A stretch of 38,084 nt of DNA from Candidatus Dadabacteria bacterium (GCA_050247635.1 JBFWTW010000001.1:1-38084); one strand, 5' to 3'. Shown: positions 8,472 to 17,485, numbered from the stretch's first letter. A program made the numbers and translations. The notes: generated from the letters alone by a model not told the origin.

Positions 8472-8864
8472 TTACTCGGAAGGGGCGGTCTTGTCGCGCT
8501 CGTTCTGAACGAGGGCCTTCTTCAACACTTTCAGCCCGAGTAGCGCGCACTTGAACCTAGTCGGTGAGACCGTGAGGCCCAGGGATTCGAGGACTTCCTC
8601 GTCCTTGAGGCTCATGATCTCGGAAACGTCCATCCCCGTAACCTTCTCGGTCAGTATGGATGCCGAGGCCTGGCTTATCGCGCAGCCCTTGCCGCTGAAC
8701 ATCACCGCCGCAATCTTGCCGTCCCGGAGTTTTACGTCGAGGCGGACGAGGTCGCCGCACGAAGGCACGCCCTCTTCGTAAGAGACGTCGGCGTCTTCGA
8801 GTGTGCCGTAATTCCTCGGATTTTTGAAGTGGTCGAGTATGAGCTCGTAGTGCTCGGATTCCAT
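8472..8864 (-). CDS. sufU: SufU/IscU-like sulfur acceptor or scaffold
   Basis: Matching segments are ILDHFKNPRNYG, PSCGD and GKGCAISQASAS, plus a conserved C-terminal Cys (RFKCALLG). It is adjacent to sufS. Confidence 0.85.
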   Translation of the reverse strand: MESEHYELILDHFKNPRNYGTLEDADVSYEEGVPSCGDLVRLDVKLRDGKIAAVMFSGKGCAISQASASILTEKVTGMDVSEIMSLKDEEVLESLGLTVSPTRFKCALLGLKVLKKALVQNERDKTAPSE

Positions 8865-8904
8865 TTCGTGTAAGTGTCCTTGGCGTGCGCGGCCTCTGGT
8901 TGGT

Positions 8905-8913
8905 ATTATACCA
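8905..8913 (-). promoter_or_regulatory. Extended -10 promoter element (TGGTATAAT) upstream of sufU
   Basis: The minus strand reads TGGTATAAT about 41 nt upstream of the sufU ATG. It sits in the loop of a 7-bp inverted repeat (CTCTGGT/ACCAGAG). I found no good -35 element. Confidence 0.35.
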
Positions 8914-8969
8914 GAGCTGCCTTAGCCGACCACGCCCCGGGGATGAACGAGCCGGATGCGGAGCGCCGC

Positions 8970-9560
8970 TTACGATACGACCGTGCTAATCTGGATGTTG
9001 TCTTCCCTGAGAGCCTTTTCGAGCTCGCCGAAGTTGCAGTTCACCACCCAGAAGTAGTATAGCTTCCGGTCCTCGGGGGCGACGCTGAACGAAATGACCT
9101 TGTCCGAGTTCTGCTGTATGGCGTGGAGTATGTCGAACATGTTCGTCTCGTCCAACATACGCACTTCGAGCCTGACGGGTTTTTCGTGAAAGCCCATCAT
9201 CTTGAGCAGCGCGTCGAGAAGGTCGGTTACCGTAAGGATGCCGACGAGCTCGCTCCGGCTGTTGACTACCGGCAGGGCGTTGAACTTGCCCGAGCGTATT
9301 ATCTCTGCCGCGCCTTCTATGGAGGTATAGTCGATTATCGTCACGGGGTTCGCCGCCATTATCTCCTTAACTTTGGGGTTCCCGCCCGCGGCGAGCGCCG
9401 TTCTCAAATTCCTGTCCGTAACTATTCCGACCAGATTTCCATCCTCGACCACCGGGCACTGCCGGAAGTTGAGACTCCTCATGAGATCGAGAGTTGCCGC
9501 GGCGTCGTCTGTGGGCGATACGGTTTTCGGGTCCGGGGTCATGAAATCCTTGACAAGCAT
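8970..9560 (-). CDS. CBS-domain pair protein (AcuB-like) with a C-terminal regulatory domain
   Basis: Two CBS repeats are visible: VKDFMTPDPKTVSP...VVEDGNLVGIVTDRNL and IMAANPVTI...LPVVNSRSELVGILTVTDL. Confidence 0.75.
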   Translation of the reverse strand: MLVKDFMTPDPKTVSPTDDAAATLDLMRSLNFRQCPVVEDGNLVGIVTDRNLRTALAAGGNPKVKEIMAANPVTIIDYTSIEGAAEIIRSGKFNALPVVNSRSELVGILTVTDLLDALLKMMGFHEKPVRLEVRMLDETNMFDILHAIQQNSDKVISFSVAPEDRKLYYFWVVNCNFGELEKALREDNIQISTVVS

Positions 9561-9739
9561 TCGTTGCCTCCTGTCTCGTTCTGCTTAAGCCAGCCATATC
9601 ATAACAGGATAACGGGCCGTGCATAAGGCTTTGACGTAAATAATCATACCCTTTATTAGAACACATTCCAGAAGGCGGCGGGGCTTCCTTGACAACCCGG
9701 CGGCGCTTCGGTTTTCTTTAGATTCAGGCCGACAATACA

Positions 9740-11269
9740 ATGACGAAAAAATACGGAAAGGTGTACCTCGTAGGCGGCGGCCCCGGAGACCCGGGGCTCA
9801 TCACGGTCAAGGGAAAAGAGATCCTCGGAAAGGCCGACACTGTCGTCCATGATTTCCTCGTAAACCTCGAGCTTTTGTCGTACACGAAGCCGGGCGCAGA
9901 GCTCATATGCGTCGGGAAGAAGGCCGGGCACACAGTCATGCCGCAGGATGAGATCAACTCACTCCTCGTCGAAAAGGCTCGCGGCGGGAGGACCGTCGCG
10001 AGGCTAAAGGGCGGCGACCCTTTCATCTTCGGGCGCGGGGGCGAGGAAGCCGAAGTGCTCGCCGCCGAGGGGATAGAGTTCGAGATCGTTCCGGGCGTGA
10101 CGTCGGCCGCGGCCGTGCCCGCGTACGCGGGGATACCGCTCACCCACAGGAAGATAGCCTCTTCGTTCGCCGTCGTCACCGGGCACGAGAACCCGGCCAA
10201 GGGCGAATCCGGCATCGAATGGGACCTGGTCGCGCGCATGGGGACTGTGGTGTTCCTTATGGGCGTCACGAACCTGGCCGCGAACATGAAGAAGCTAATG
10301 GAGTTCGGCATGAGCCCCGACACCCCGGCGGCGGTGATCGCGCGCGGGACCTATCCGTCACAGGCAAGCGTCACGGGGACAGTAGCAGACATAGCCGAAA
10401 AGGCGGCCGCGAGGGAGGACTTATCATCCCCAGCCATAGTCGTCACGGGTGAGGTCGTAAGGTTCTCGGACGTGATTTCCTGGTACGAGAAGAAGCCGCT
10501 TTTCGGGAAGAGAATAGTAGTCACCCGCCCGAGGGAGCAGGCCCGTCCGCTGTCGGCGCTCTTCGAAGAGATGGGGGCCGAGGTCATCGAGTTCCCCGCT
10601 ATTGAGATCGCGCCTCTTGCGAGCTACAAGGTCCTCGACAAGGCAATGAAGGCGCTCGGATCTTACGACTGGATAATTTTCACGAGCGTAAACGGCGTCG
10701 GGGGATTCTTCGAAAGGCTCAGGCATCTCGGCCTCGACGTAAGGGAGATGCACGGCCCGAAGGTCGCGGCGATAGGCGAGGTAACGGCAGAGGAGCTCGG
10801 CGCTCACGGGATTAACGTCGATATGATGCCCGCCGACTACAGGGCCGAGGGGCTGATAGAGCTCTTCCGCGAAATGGACCTCAAGGACAAGCGCATACTC
10901 ATACCGAGGGCGAAGGAGGCGCGCGAGATACTGCCCGAGAGCCTTCGCGAGATGGGGGCGCACGTAGACGTCGCGCCGGTTTACCAGACGAAGAAGGCGG
11001 GGAAGACGAAAACCGCCGCTCTTAAGAAAGAGATATCCGAAGGTCGCATAGACATCATCACGTTCACGAGCTCGTCTACTGTGAGGAACTTCCTCGAAAC
11101 CGTCGATGAGATACCAATTTCGGACGGTAAGCCCGTTTTCGCATGCATAGGCCCGGTTACGGCAAAGACACTTACCGATTTGGGTTACAAGGCCGCCGTC
11201 GTGCCGGCCGAGTACACTGCTGCCGGACTTGCAGAAGCAGTAGCCGATTACTTTAAAGACCTTAAGTAA
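9740..11269 (+). CDS. cobA: Bifunctional uroporphyrinogen-III C-methyltransferase / uroporphyrinogen-III synthase (CobA/HemD fusion)
   Basis: The N-terminal half carries the SUMT motifs VYLVGGGPGDPGLIT, VVHD, LKGGDPFIFGRGGEE and VPGVTS. The C-terminal half (from KRIVVTRP) resembles HemD. Confidence 0.9.
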   Translation: MTKKYGKVYLVGGGPGDPGLITVKGKEILGKADTVVHDFLVNLELLSYTKPGAELICVGKKAGHTVMPQDEINSLLVEKARGGRTVARLKGGDPFIFGRGGEEAEVLAAEGIEFEIVPGVTSAAAVPAYAGIPLTHRKIASSFAVVTGHENPAKGESGIEWDLVARMGTVVFLMGVTNLAANMKKLMEFGMSPDTPAAVIARGTYPSQASVTGTVADIAEKAAAREDLSSPAIVVTGEVVRFSDVISWYEKKPLFGKRIVVTRPREQARPLSALFEEMGAEVIEFPAIEIAPLASYKVLDKAMKALGSYDWIIFTSVNGVGGFFERLRHLGLDVREMHGPKVAAIGEVTAEELGAHGINVDMMPADYRAEGLIELFREMDLKDKRILIPRAKEAREILPESLREMGAHVDVAPVYQTKKAGKTKTAALKKEISEGRIDIITFTSSSTVRNFLETVDEIPISDGKPVFACIGPVTAKTLTDLGYKAAVVPAEYTAAGLAEAVADYFKDLK

Positions 11270-11406
11270 GTTCTGTAAACGTGACCGGACACCTGCGAAA
11301 CTTCTTCATAGAAGGCCCCCTTGTGTAAAGCCGCTTCTGACATCCTCTCCAAACAGCTTCCGGTTTGTATTGCAATCCTTTAGCATCATGTAATATATTT
11401 CCCACT

Positions 11407-12129
11407 ATGCCCAGAATTCCTCTACCCTCGCAGGGAATCGAAGAAGATAAGGCCGTGATAAGCGGCGCCGATTACAGGCACATGGTCAAGGCGCTACGGC
11501 TCGGAGTTGGCGACGAGGTCACGCTCTTCGGCGAAGACTCTCGTGAGTACACCGGGGTGATATCTTCAGTCGGGAGCCGCGAGCTGGTTGTCGATATAAC
11601 CGGTAGCCGCCTGATCGCGGCCGACCCCGTGATCGACATAACGATACTCCAGGGCCTCCCCAAGGGGGAGAAGATGGACTATATCGTGGAGAAGGCGACC
11701 GAGCTCGGGGCGACGAGGATAGTGCCCGTCGTAACGGAGAGGTCCCAGGTGAGAAAAACCGGGAAGCATCAGAGATGGGAGAGGATAGCTCTCGAGGCGT
11801 CGAAACAGTGCGGACGGACGAAACCTACCCTTATAGAAAATACTTTAGAGTTCAAAGAGGCGCTATTATATAAGGATGAGAGCGACTTGGCTATCATACT
11901 TCACACCGAATCGAGCCTATCCATAAAAGAATTTATAAGGAATACTTTACAAGGTGCCAAGAATATTATAGTATTGATAGGACCGGAAGGTGGATTTTCG
12001 CAAAACGAAGTCCTCCTTGCTATTGAAATGGGTTTTACATCCCTGGGTCTGGGTCCCAGGATTCTAAGGACAGAGACCGCTAGCCTGGCGGTTCTCTCCA
12101 TAATCCAATTTCAACATGGAGACTTGTGA
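11407..12129 (+). CDS. rsmE: 16S rRNA (uracil1498-N3)-methyltransferase RsmE
   Basis: Matching motifs are ILQGLPKGEKMDYIVEKATELG, RWERIALEASKQCGR, GPEGGFS and LGPRILRTETA. The start is uncertain: ATG at 11407 versus the track TTG at 11365. Confidence 0.8.
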   Translation: MPRIPLPSQGIEEDKAVISGADYRHMVKALRLGVGDEVTLFGEDSREYTGVISSVGSRELVVDITGSRLIAADPVIDITILQGLPKGEKMDYIVEKATELGATRIVPVVTERSQVRKTGKHQRWERIALEASKQCGRTKPTLIENTLEFKEALLYKDESDLAIILHTESSLSIKEFIRNTLQGAKNIIVLIGPEGGFSQNEVLLAIEMGFTSLGLGPRILRTETASLAVLSIIQFQHGDL

Positions 12130-13572
12130 TCACAATCGCAGTCTCCGTGTAATTTCTACAAGCTCTTCCTTCATCGAATCCCTCAACCTGTGGTATCTGC
12201 TTTCGTCTATTTTTCCGGCTTCGAAGTCGTCGTCGAGTGCCGCTATGTCGCGTATAAGCTGGCTCCGTTTATCTAGGAGCTCTTTTCTCTCGCGCTCTCC
12301 GGATTCTTTTTCCTTCGCCGCGCCTCCCTTGCCCATCGAGGAATAGAGTATCCCGAGGCCCACCAGAAGGAGGATGAGCCCGAGTGCTGCCCATTTTATG
12401 TAACCGTCGAGGTAAGCAGCGATGCCGCCGGTCCCCTTGAACTTTATCATTATCTTGTCGCCGGGCTTAAGGTCCTTGCCCTGCCATTTGAAGTAATTCA
12501 CTTTTTCCATCTGTACAGGCTCGGGATCGGCGGTGAGCCCCGTGACATCGACGCCGTTCTTAGTTTCCGGCACGAGCAGCAGGAAGCTGTCGGTCGGATA
12601 GATAATATTCTTTTCTATCGTTACCGCACCCGAATCGGTGGGCATGCTGTAGGCGAAGATCACCCTTTTCTCGCCGGGCATCACGCTCTCGGTATCCGAA
12701 AAGCCGTGCTCAGTCGTTACGACGGACTCGGGGTCGAGGCCGTGCATGATGGTGACGTTAGCTGCATGCGGAGGGAGGTCGAACCGGAGGGTTTCTTTCT
12801 TGCCTTCGGCTATGTCGGCATTGCCCACGAAGATTTTGTCCCCCGGGTTATTGAATATCATTATATCGCCCACGTTGACGCCGTTTTCAGAGATCTCGAC
12901 AACGGTGTGCGCTTCCTTAACCGTTATGCCGGGATCGTCCAGAGTAGGCTCGTAAACGGGGAGATCGAGAGTCTTTACATTCTCGTCCGGGAGAAAGACC
13001 ATCTTGTCGGTCGCATATTCGGCGCCGTTAAAGGCGAGTGTCAGGGAGTAGCTCCTGTCCCAGGCGAGCTTGTCGAACTTGAACGTGCCGTCGGCTGAGG
13101 TTTCCGCCTCCTCGTCCCCGGTTTCCCTGTCACCCATGAAGGCTTTAAGCGAAACGGTTACTCCCGGCACGGGAACCTCCGTCGTTTTATTAACGACCTT
13201 ACCGGTTATCGTGCCGCCTTCGGGATTCACCTTCCCGGCCTTTGCCTTCATCAGGTACTCGGCTATCGCCCTGGCTTCCATCGGATGAACGTCCTGAGGC
13301 GGAGGCATGGGGGGATATCCCTCGTTTATGGGCATCTTCCCTTCCTTGCTGTAAATCTCCTGCGGGTCTGTTATCCAGCGGACAATATCCTGGGGGGAAT
13401 AACGCTGGCCGACGCCTTTAAGGTCGGGGCCGACGAAGCGCCCCCTGCCTATGGTGTGGCACCTGACGCATCCGTTTTCTATGAATAGCTTGCCGCCGAG
13501 CTCCTGCATGTCGTGCGGGTTCTGGGCAATGGAGTCGCGGGCCGGAACGGCGAGCATCAAAAGCGCCGTCAT
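12130..13572 (-). CDS. Exported cytochrome c domain + Ig-like (CarboxypepD_reg-like) beta domains + C-terminal TM + CcmI-like cytoplasmic helix
   Basis: The heme motif is CVRCHTIGRGRFVGPDLKGV, paralogous in pattern to the nos cytochrome c. GKVVNKTTEVPVPGVTVSL resembles a carboxypeptidase-regulatory fold. The TM segment is WAALGLILLLVGLGILY. The tail reads LDDDFEAGKIDESRYHRLR. The 5' end is unresolved (see findings); 13572 is the first ATG downstream of the overlap. Confidence 0.65.
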   Translation of the reverse strand: MTALLMLAVPARDSIAQNPHDMQELGGKLFIENGCVRCHTIGRGRFVGPDLKGVGQRYSPQDIVRWITDPQEIYSKEGKMPINEGYPPMPPPQDVHPMEARAIAEYLMKAKAGKVNPEGGTITGKVVNKTTEVPVPGVTVSLKAFMGDRETGDEEAETSADGTFKFDKLAWDRSYSLTLAFNGAEYATDKMVFLPDENVKTLDLPVYEPTLDDPGITVKEAHTVVEISENGVNVGDIMIFNNPGDKIFVGNADIAEGKKETLRFDLPPHAANVTIMHGLDPESVVTTEHGFSDTESVMPGEKRVIFAYSMPTDSGAVTIEKNIIYPTDSFLLLVPETKNGVDVTGLTADPEPVQMEKVNYFKWQGKDLKPGDKIMIKFKGTGGIAAYLDGYIKWAALGLILLLVGLGILYSSMGKGGAAKEKESGERERKELLDKRSQLIRDIAALDDDFEAGKIDESRYHRLRDSMKEELVEITRRLRL

Positions 13573-13600
13573 TACCGCCGCGAGGAATAAAACGCGATTA

Positions 13601-14158
13601 TTAAACCGATTTAGCCTTTTTATCTTCTGGGCCTCCTTTAAGGCTGGCGCCGCAGCGGGCGCAAAAAAGATCGTCCGGGCCGCAGGTGCTGCCGCATTCG
13701 GGGCACGCGGCCGTTTCAGGCGAGCCCCACGCGCTTTCGCGCGCACGGATTATTTCCTTTTCTATCTCCTCGTCCTCGTAATCGTTAAGGACGACTTTTT
13801 TTCTCTTCGATTTTATTTCGTTTTCGAGCTCGTCGGCGAATGCGGCGTCCCAGTTCCTGCCGGTGGCCTCGTCTATTTCCTTGAGCACCGCGGCGGCCTC
13901 GGCGCGGTACTTCCGGCTTAGGTCTTTATAATCCGCGGTCGAGAGCTTCCCGAGCCCGTGGTCGAACTCGATATCGGCCAGCGCCGAAAGGAGCGTGTCC
14001 TTACGGACGTGGAGCGTCCGCAGCCGCTCGGCCCTGGGGTCGGGCCGGAGCGCGTCGTCTTCCAGAGAGCTGTCTTTCCCGCGTCTGAAGAACGGTAGCG
14101 ATATAAATATTGCGGCGAGTAGAGCTATCGCCAGTGGCAGTATAAGCTGCAATTCCAT
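13601..14158 (-). CDS. N-terminal TM + CcmI-like helix + C-terminal zinc-ribbon protein
   Basis: The TM segment is LILPLAIALLAAIFISLPFF, followed by RRGK. LADIEFDHGLGKLSTADYKDL resembles the cytoplasmic segment after TM1 of CcmI/CycH. The zinc ribbon is CPECG-x10-CARCG. Confidence 0.65.
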   Translation of the reverse strand: MELQLILPLAIALLAAIFISLPFFRRGKDSSLEDDALRPDPRAERLRTLHVRKDTLLSALADIEFDHGLGKLSTADYKDLSRKYRAEAAAVLKEIDEATGRNWDAAFADELENEIKSKRKKVVLNDYEDEEIEKEIIRARESAWGSPETAACPECGSTCGPDDLFCARCGASLKGGPEDKKAKSV

Positions 14159-14191
14159 CTCGTTTCCGAATCGGCGCTCAAGCCGGGGAGA

Positions 14192-16198
14192 TTATACTTT
14201 GAGCGCGCTGTCCTTTTCGCCGAGCGTATACCGAACGAAAACCTCTTCCCTGCTCTTCCGCCCGTCGGGGAGCATGGTAATGATCGCCCCCAGGACGAGA
14301 ACCACTCCGCCGGCCCATATCCAACTTACGAGCGGGTTCAATATGATCCGAAGGGTGGCGCCCCCGTCGTCGGTGAAGCTCATGAGAATTATATACAGGT
14401 CGTCGGTAAGCGTCGACCTCAGGGCGACTTCAGTCTCCTGATTTATTTCCCTGTTACCTTCGTATTTGTAGATGTTCTTTTCGGGCGACATAATGCCTAT
14501 ATCTTTTCCGCCCTTAAACGCCGTGAGCGTCGCGACCGTCGCGTTCTTGGCGTTGGTCGTATACTGGTTGATTCCGTTGAATGTGAACGTGTAGTCGTTA
14601 AGGGTCACGGACTCTCCCTTGGACAGGGTGACCTGTTTTTCCGTAACGAATACGGACGACGAAGTGATTCCGATAACGATTAGCACTACGCCGATGTGGA
14701 CAATGTAGCCGCCGTACCTGCGCTTGTTCTTCGACACGAGCCGCCCGAATGCAACAAGCGGGTTTTCGCCCCTCTTCGATCGAACGCGAATGCCTCGGAA
14801 GAACTCGGTGAACACCGTTACCACCACAAAAGCGCAGAGCGAGTACGCAAGGAGCGCATAGGTATCGTGGATGCCGAGCGCGAAAAGAAGAACGCCGGTA
14901 ACTATTGCAACCACCGTCGGAACGAAGAAGTTCTTGAACAGGTTTTCCTTAGACGCCTTCCGCCACGAAATGAGCGGCCCCACCCCCATCAGAAGCACGA
15001 GGACGAGGGCTATCGGCGTATTCACTTTGTTAAAGTACGGAGGCCCGACGAGTATCTTCTCGCCCGTTATCGCCTCTGACAATATCGGGAAAATCGTCCC
15101 CAGGAATACCGCGAACGCGGCCCCCAGGAAGAGGAGGTTGTTGAATATAAATGCGCTCTCGCGGGAGAGTATGGAATCGAAATTATTCTCCGATTCGAGG
15201 TCCTTCATCCTGTAGAGGAACATCGAGAAGGAAAAGAGAAGTATGAAGGCTATGAACCCGAGGAACATCGGGCCGATGTCTGACTGCGCGAATGAGTGGA
15301 CGGACGATATGACGCCGCTACGCGTGATGAATGTGCCGAAAATAGACAGGAAGAATGTCAGTATGATGAGGGACATGTTCCACTTCTTGAGCATGCCCTT
15401 TCTTTCCTGGATCATGACCGAGTGAACGAACGCCGTCGCCGCGAGCCACGGCATGAAGGCCGCGTTTTCGACAGGATCCCACGCCCAGTAGCCGCCCCAT
15501 CCGAGCTCGAGATAAGCCCACCTCGCGCCGAGTATGAGGCCGATGCTAAGGAACGTCCACGCAAAGAGCGTCCACTTCCGGGAATACCTTATCCATTCGT
15601 CGCCTAGCTTTCCGCTAAGAAGAGCGCCCATGGCGAACGCGAACGGCACGGCGACGCCGACGTAGCCGAGGTAGAGCGTTACGGGGTGAATCGCCATGTA
15701 TGCGTTCTGGAGTATGGGGTTCAGCCCCCTGCCCTCGAGCGGCGCCACGGCGAGCTTTTCGAAGGGGCTTTCCACGAATGCCACGATGAATGTAAAGAAT
15801 ATTGCTATCGCGCCGAGAGTCGCTATGACGTAGGGCATCAGCTCTCGCGACTTGCCTTTTGTCGACATCACGACCAGCGCCATATAAATGGAAAGTACGA
15901 AAGCCCACAGAAGGAGCGAGCCTGCCTGCCCCGCCCAGAGCGAAGTCATCCTGAAGATCACTGGAAGGTCGGTGCTCGTGTTCATCGCGACGTACTTAAT
16001 GCTGAAGTCGAGATTTACGAGTGAATGCAGAAGAGCGAGTATCGCTATCAGAAGAAGGAAGAATATCGCCAGCGCTGCGTTACGGGCGCTGTCCACGAAA
16101 TCGCGCCTGCCGGATTTCGCGCCGTATACCGACGCGAATACGATGTAGATCGACAGGACAAAGGCTACCAGTACAGATATGTATCCGGTCTCGGCCAT
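14192..16198 (-). CDS. ccmF: Cytochrome c-type biogenesis protein CcmF (heme lyase component)
   Basis: It is a large polytopic protein with the WWD motif WGGYWAWDPVENAAFMPW and flanking conserved His residues. Its start overlaps the ccmE stop (TAATG). Confidence 0.9.
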   Translation of the reverse strand: MAETGYISVLVAFVLSIYIVFASVYGAKSGRRDFVDSARNAALAIFFLLLIAILALLHSLVNLDFSIKYVAMNTSTDLPVIFRMTSLWAGQAGSLLLWAFVLSIYMALVVMSTKGKSRELMPYVIATLGAIAIFFTFIVAFVESPFEKLAVAPLEGRGLNPILQNAYMAIHPVTLYLGYVGVAVPFAFAMGALLSGKLGDEWIRYSRKWTLFAWTFLSIGLILGARWAYLELGWGGYWAWDPVENAAFMPWLAATAFVHSVMIQERKGMLKKWNMSLIILTFFLSIFGTFITRSGVISSVHSFAQSDIGPMFLGFIAFILLFSFSMFLYRMKDLESENNFDSILSRESAFIFNNLLFLGAAFAVFLGTIFPILSEAITGEKILVGPPYFNKVNTPIALVLVLLMGVGPLISWRKASKENLFKNFFVPTVVAIVTGVLLFALGIHDTYALLAYSLCAFVVVTVFTEFFRGIRVRSKRGENPLVAFGRLVSKNKRRYGGYIVHIGVVLIVIGITSSSVFVTEKQVTLSKGESVTLNDYTFTFNGINQYTTNAKNATVATLTAFKGGKDIGIMSPEKNIYKYEGNREINQETEVALRSTLTDDLYIILMSFTDDGGATLRIILNPLVSWIWAGGVVLVLGAIITMLPDGRKSREEVFVRYTLGEKDSALKV

Positions 16199-16629
16199 TA
16201 GTATGAGGTCCCCTGGGGCGCGCCCTGGTCGTTATAGAGAACGTCGGTCGATTCGTATTTCGTCGGGCACTTGGCCAGAAGAATGTCTGCCTGGAAAACG
16301 CCCGATTCGGAATACACGCCCTCGACCACCGCTTCTACGTCATCCTTGAAAACGTCGGGGACTATGCCGTTGTAATTGACGTCCACGGCCCCTGCCCCGT
16401 CCGAGATGCTGAACGCGAGGGCGCCGTCGGCGCCGTGCTTTATAGTGCCCGGGATTACGTTGCCGGATACGCGCACCCTTTCTCCGTAAACGTCCGGCAC
16501 CCTGGCGTGGAGCTCTTCTACTGTGAGGTAGTAGACCATCGTCTCCCTCACACCGCCGTATACGAGATAGGCGACCGCGAAGGCTATCGCGCCTATCGCT
16601 ATAATGAACTTCATCTTTCCTTTAAGCAT
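16198..16629 (-). CDS. ccmE: Heme chaperone CcmE, Cys (CxxxY) variant
   Basis: It has an N-terminal anchor and an OB-fold-like body (RVRVSGNVIPGTI, VVEGVY). The heme-binding position reads LAKCPTKYE instead of the canonical LAKHDENY. Confidence 0.85.
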   Translation of the reverse strand: MLKGKMKFIIAIGAIAFAVAYLVYGGVRETMVYYLTVEELHARVPDVYGERVRVSGNVIPGTIKHGADGALAFSISDGAGAVDVNYNGIVPDVFKDDVEAVVEGVYSESGVFQADILLAKCPTKYESTDVLYNDQGAPQGTSY

Positions 16630-16669
16630 TTACACCCACCTCTCACACGATTGGACAGGTGCGCGCTCC

Positions 16670-17329
16670 CTACGCGCCGGTCCTTATTGATTCGAGCTCT
16701 CGCTTGAGGCTCCTTTGTTTCGTAAACAAATGATAAATATATATAATCAGGGCTATCCAGACAACTGCACTTCCCCAAAAAAGATAATCTATCCTGAGCG
16801 GACGCGATTCCAGAACAACGTCGTCTATCCATACCTTGCCGTGCCCCTCGACGCCCAAAGCGAGCGTGATTTTCTCGGGCTCGGGGCCCGTGTCGAGGTA
16901 AAGGTCCGTTTCGGCCGGCACCCAGTCGCTTGTCCCCGAGGGCGGTATGCGCGGGCCGCGTGAGACGACGTCCTCGCCGTTTGCGTATTGTGCGTGGAGC
17001 TCCAGATACGCAATCCCCCTTTCCTCGCCCGTGCCGGTCAGCCCTTCGGTTTTCAGCCTGGCTTTATATACGATTCTAGAGTGGTTTAAATCTGACGGGT
17101 CCGGGGTGAAGAGCGTGAGCGTCACCGGCTTGTCGGTGTCTACGAGTATGGAGCCGTCGCTGCCTGTGAAAGACGCCCCGGCGTCGTATTCGACGGCCTC
17201 GCCGTCGACCACGTCTTCCGTGCTTGAAGTTGGAAAGATAGTGACCGAATTTTCCTTTTCCGACGAGCTGAAGCAGCCCGAAAGCACCCAGGCGAAAGAC
17301 AGAAATAGGCCAAGCGTTACGTATCTCAT
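16670..17329 (-). CDS. Lipoprotein with a beta-rich exported domain fused to a CcmD-like C-terminal TM segment
   Basis: The lipobox is VLSGC. The C-terminus, DYLFWGSAVVWIALIIYIYHLFTKQRSLKRELESI, matches my recollection of the CcmD pattern (aromatic/small residues, W, TM, then basic RxL..EL). The gene sits where ccmD is expected, between ccmC and ccmE. Confidence 0.6.
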   Translation of the reverse strand: MRYVTLGLFLSFAWVLSGCFSSSEKENSVTIFPTSSTEDVVDGEAVEYDAGASFTGSDGSILVDTDKPVTLTLFTPDPSDLNHSRIVYKARLKTEGLTGTGEERGIAYLELHAQYANGEDVVSRGPRIPPSGTSDWVPAETDLYLDTGPEPEKITLALGVEGHGKVWIDDVVLESRPLRIDYLFWGSAVVWIALIIYIYHLFTKQRSLKRELESIRTGA

Positions 17330-17485
17330 AATGGGCTTCTTGATTGGCGAAATTATAGAATACCCGCAGGTTTACAAATCTACAATTAGTTAATAGAACC
17401 AATTTAATGTAGTGCCTGGGGGGACTTTTTTTCGTGATAGCGAAATGGGGGAAAGCTTGTGATTGAGACGGTACGGCGACGGCTT

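Noticed and set aside
9690-9725. A possible terminator/attenuator or riboswitch in the cobA/hemD leader (CCGGCGGCGCTTCGG followed by TTTTCTTT).
   Set aside because: The stem is only 3-5 bp with a bulge, and no B12-box or other riboswitch core motif is visible.
13601-13640. A dnaX-like frameshift arrangement (AAGGAGG, 10 nt, then AAAAAG) at the end of the zinc-ribbon gene. It might fuse that gene to the cytochrome c gene and give a topologically coherent 3-TM protein.
   Set aside because: The downstream gene is in the +1 frame relative to the zinc-ribbon gene, whereas this motif promotes -1 slippage, and the -1 frame stops after two codons. I see no convincing +1 site (the stop context is GTT TAA). 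I kept only the start-codon problem as a finding.
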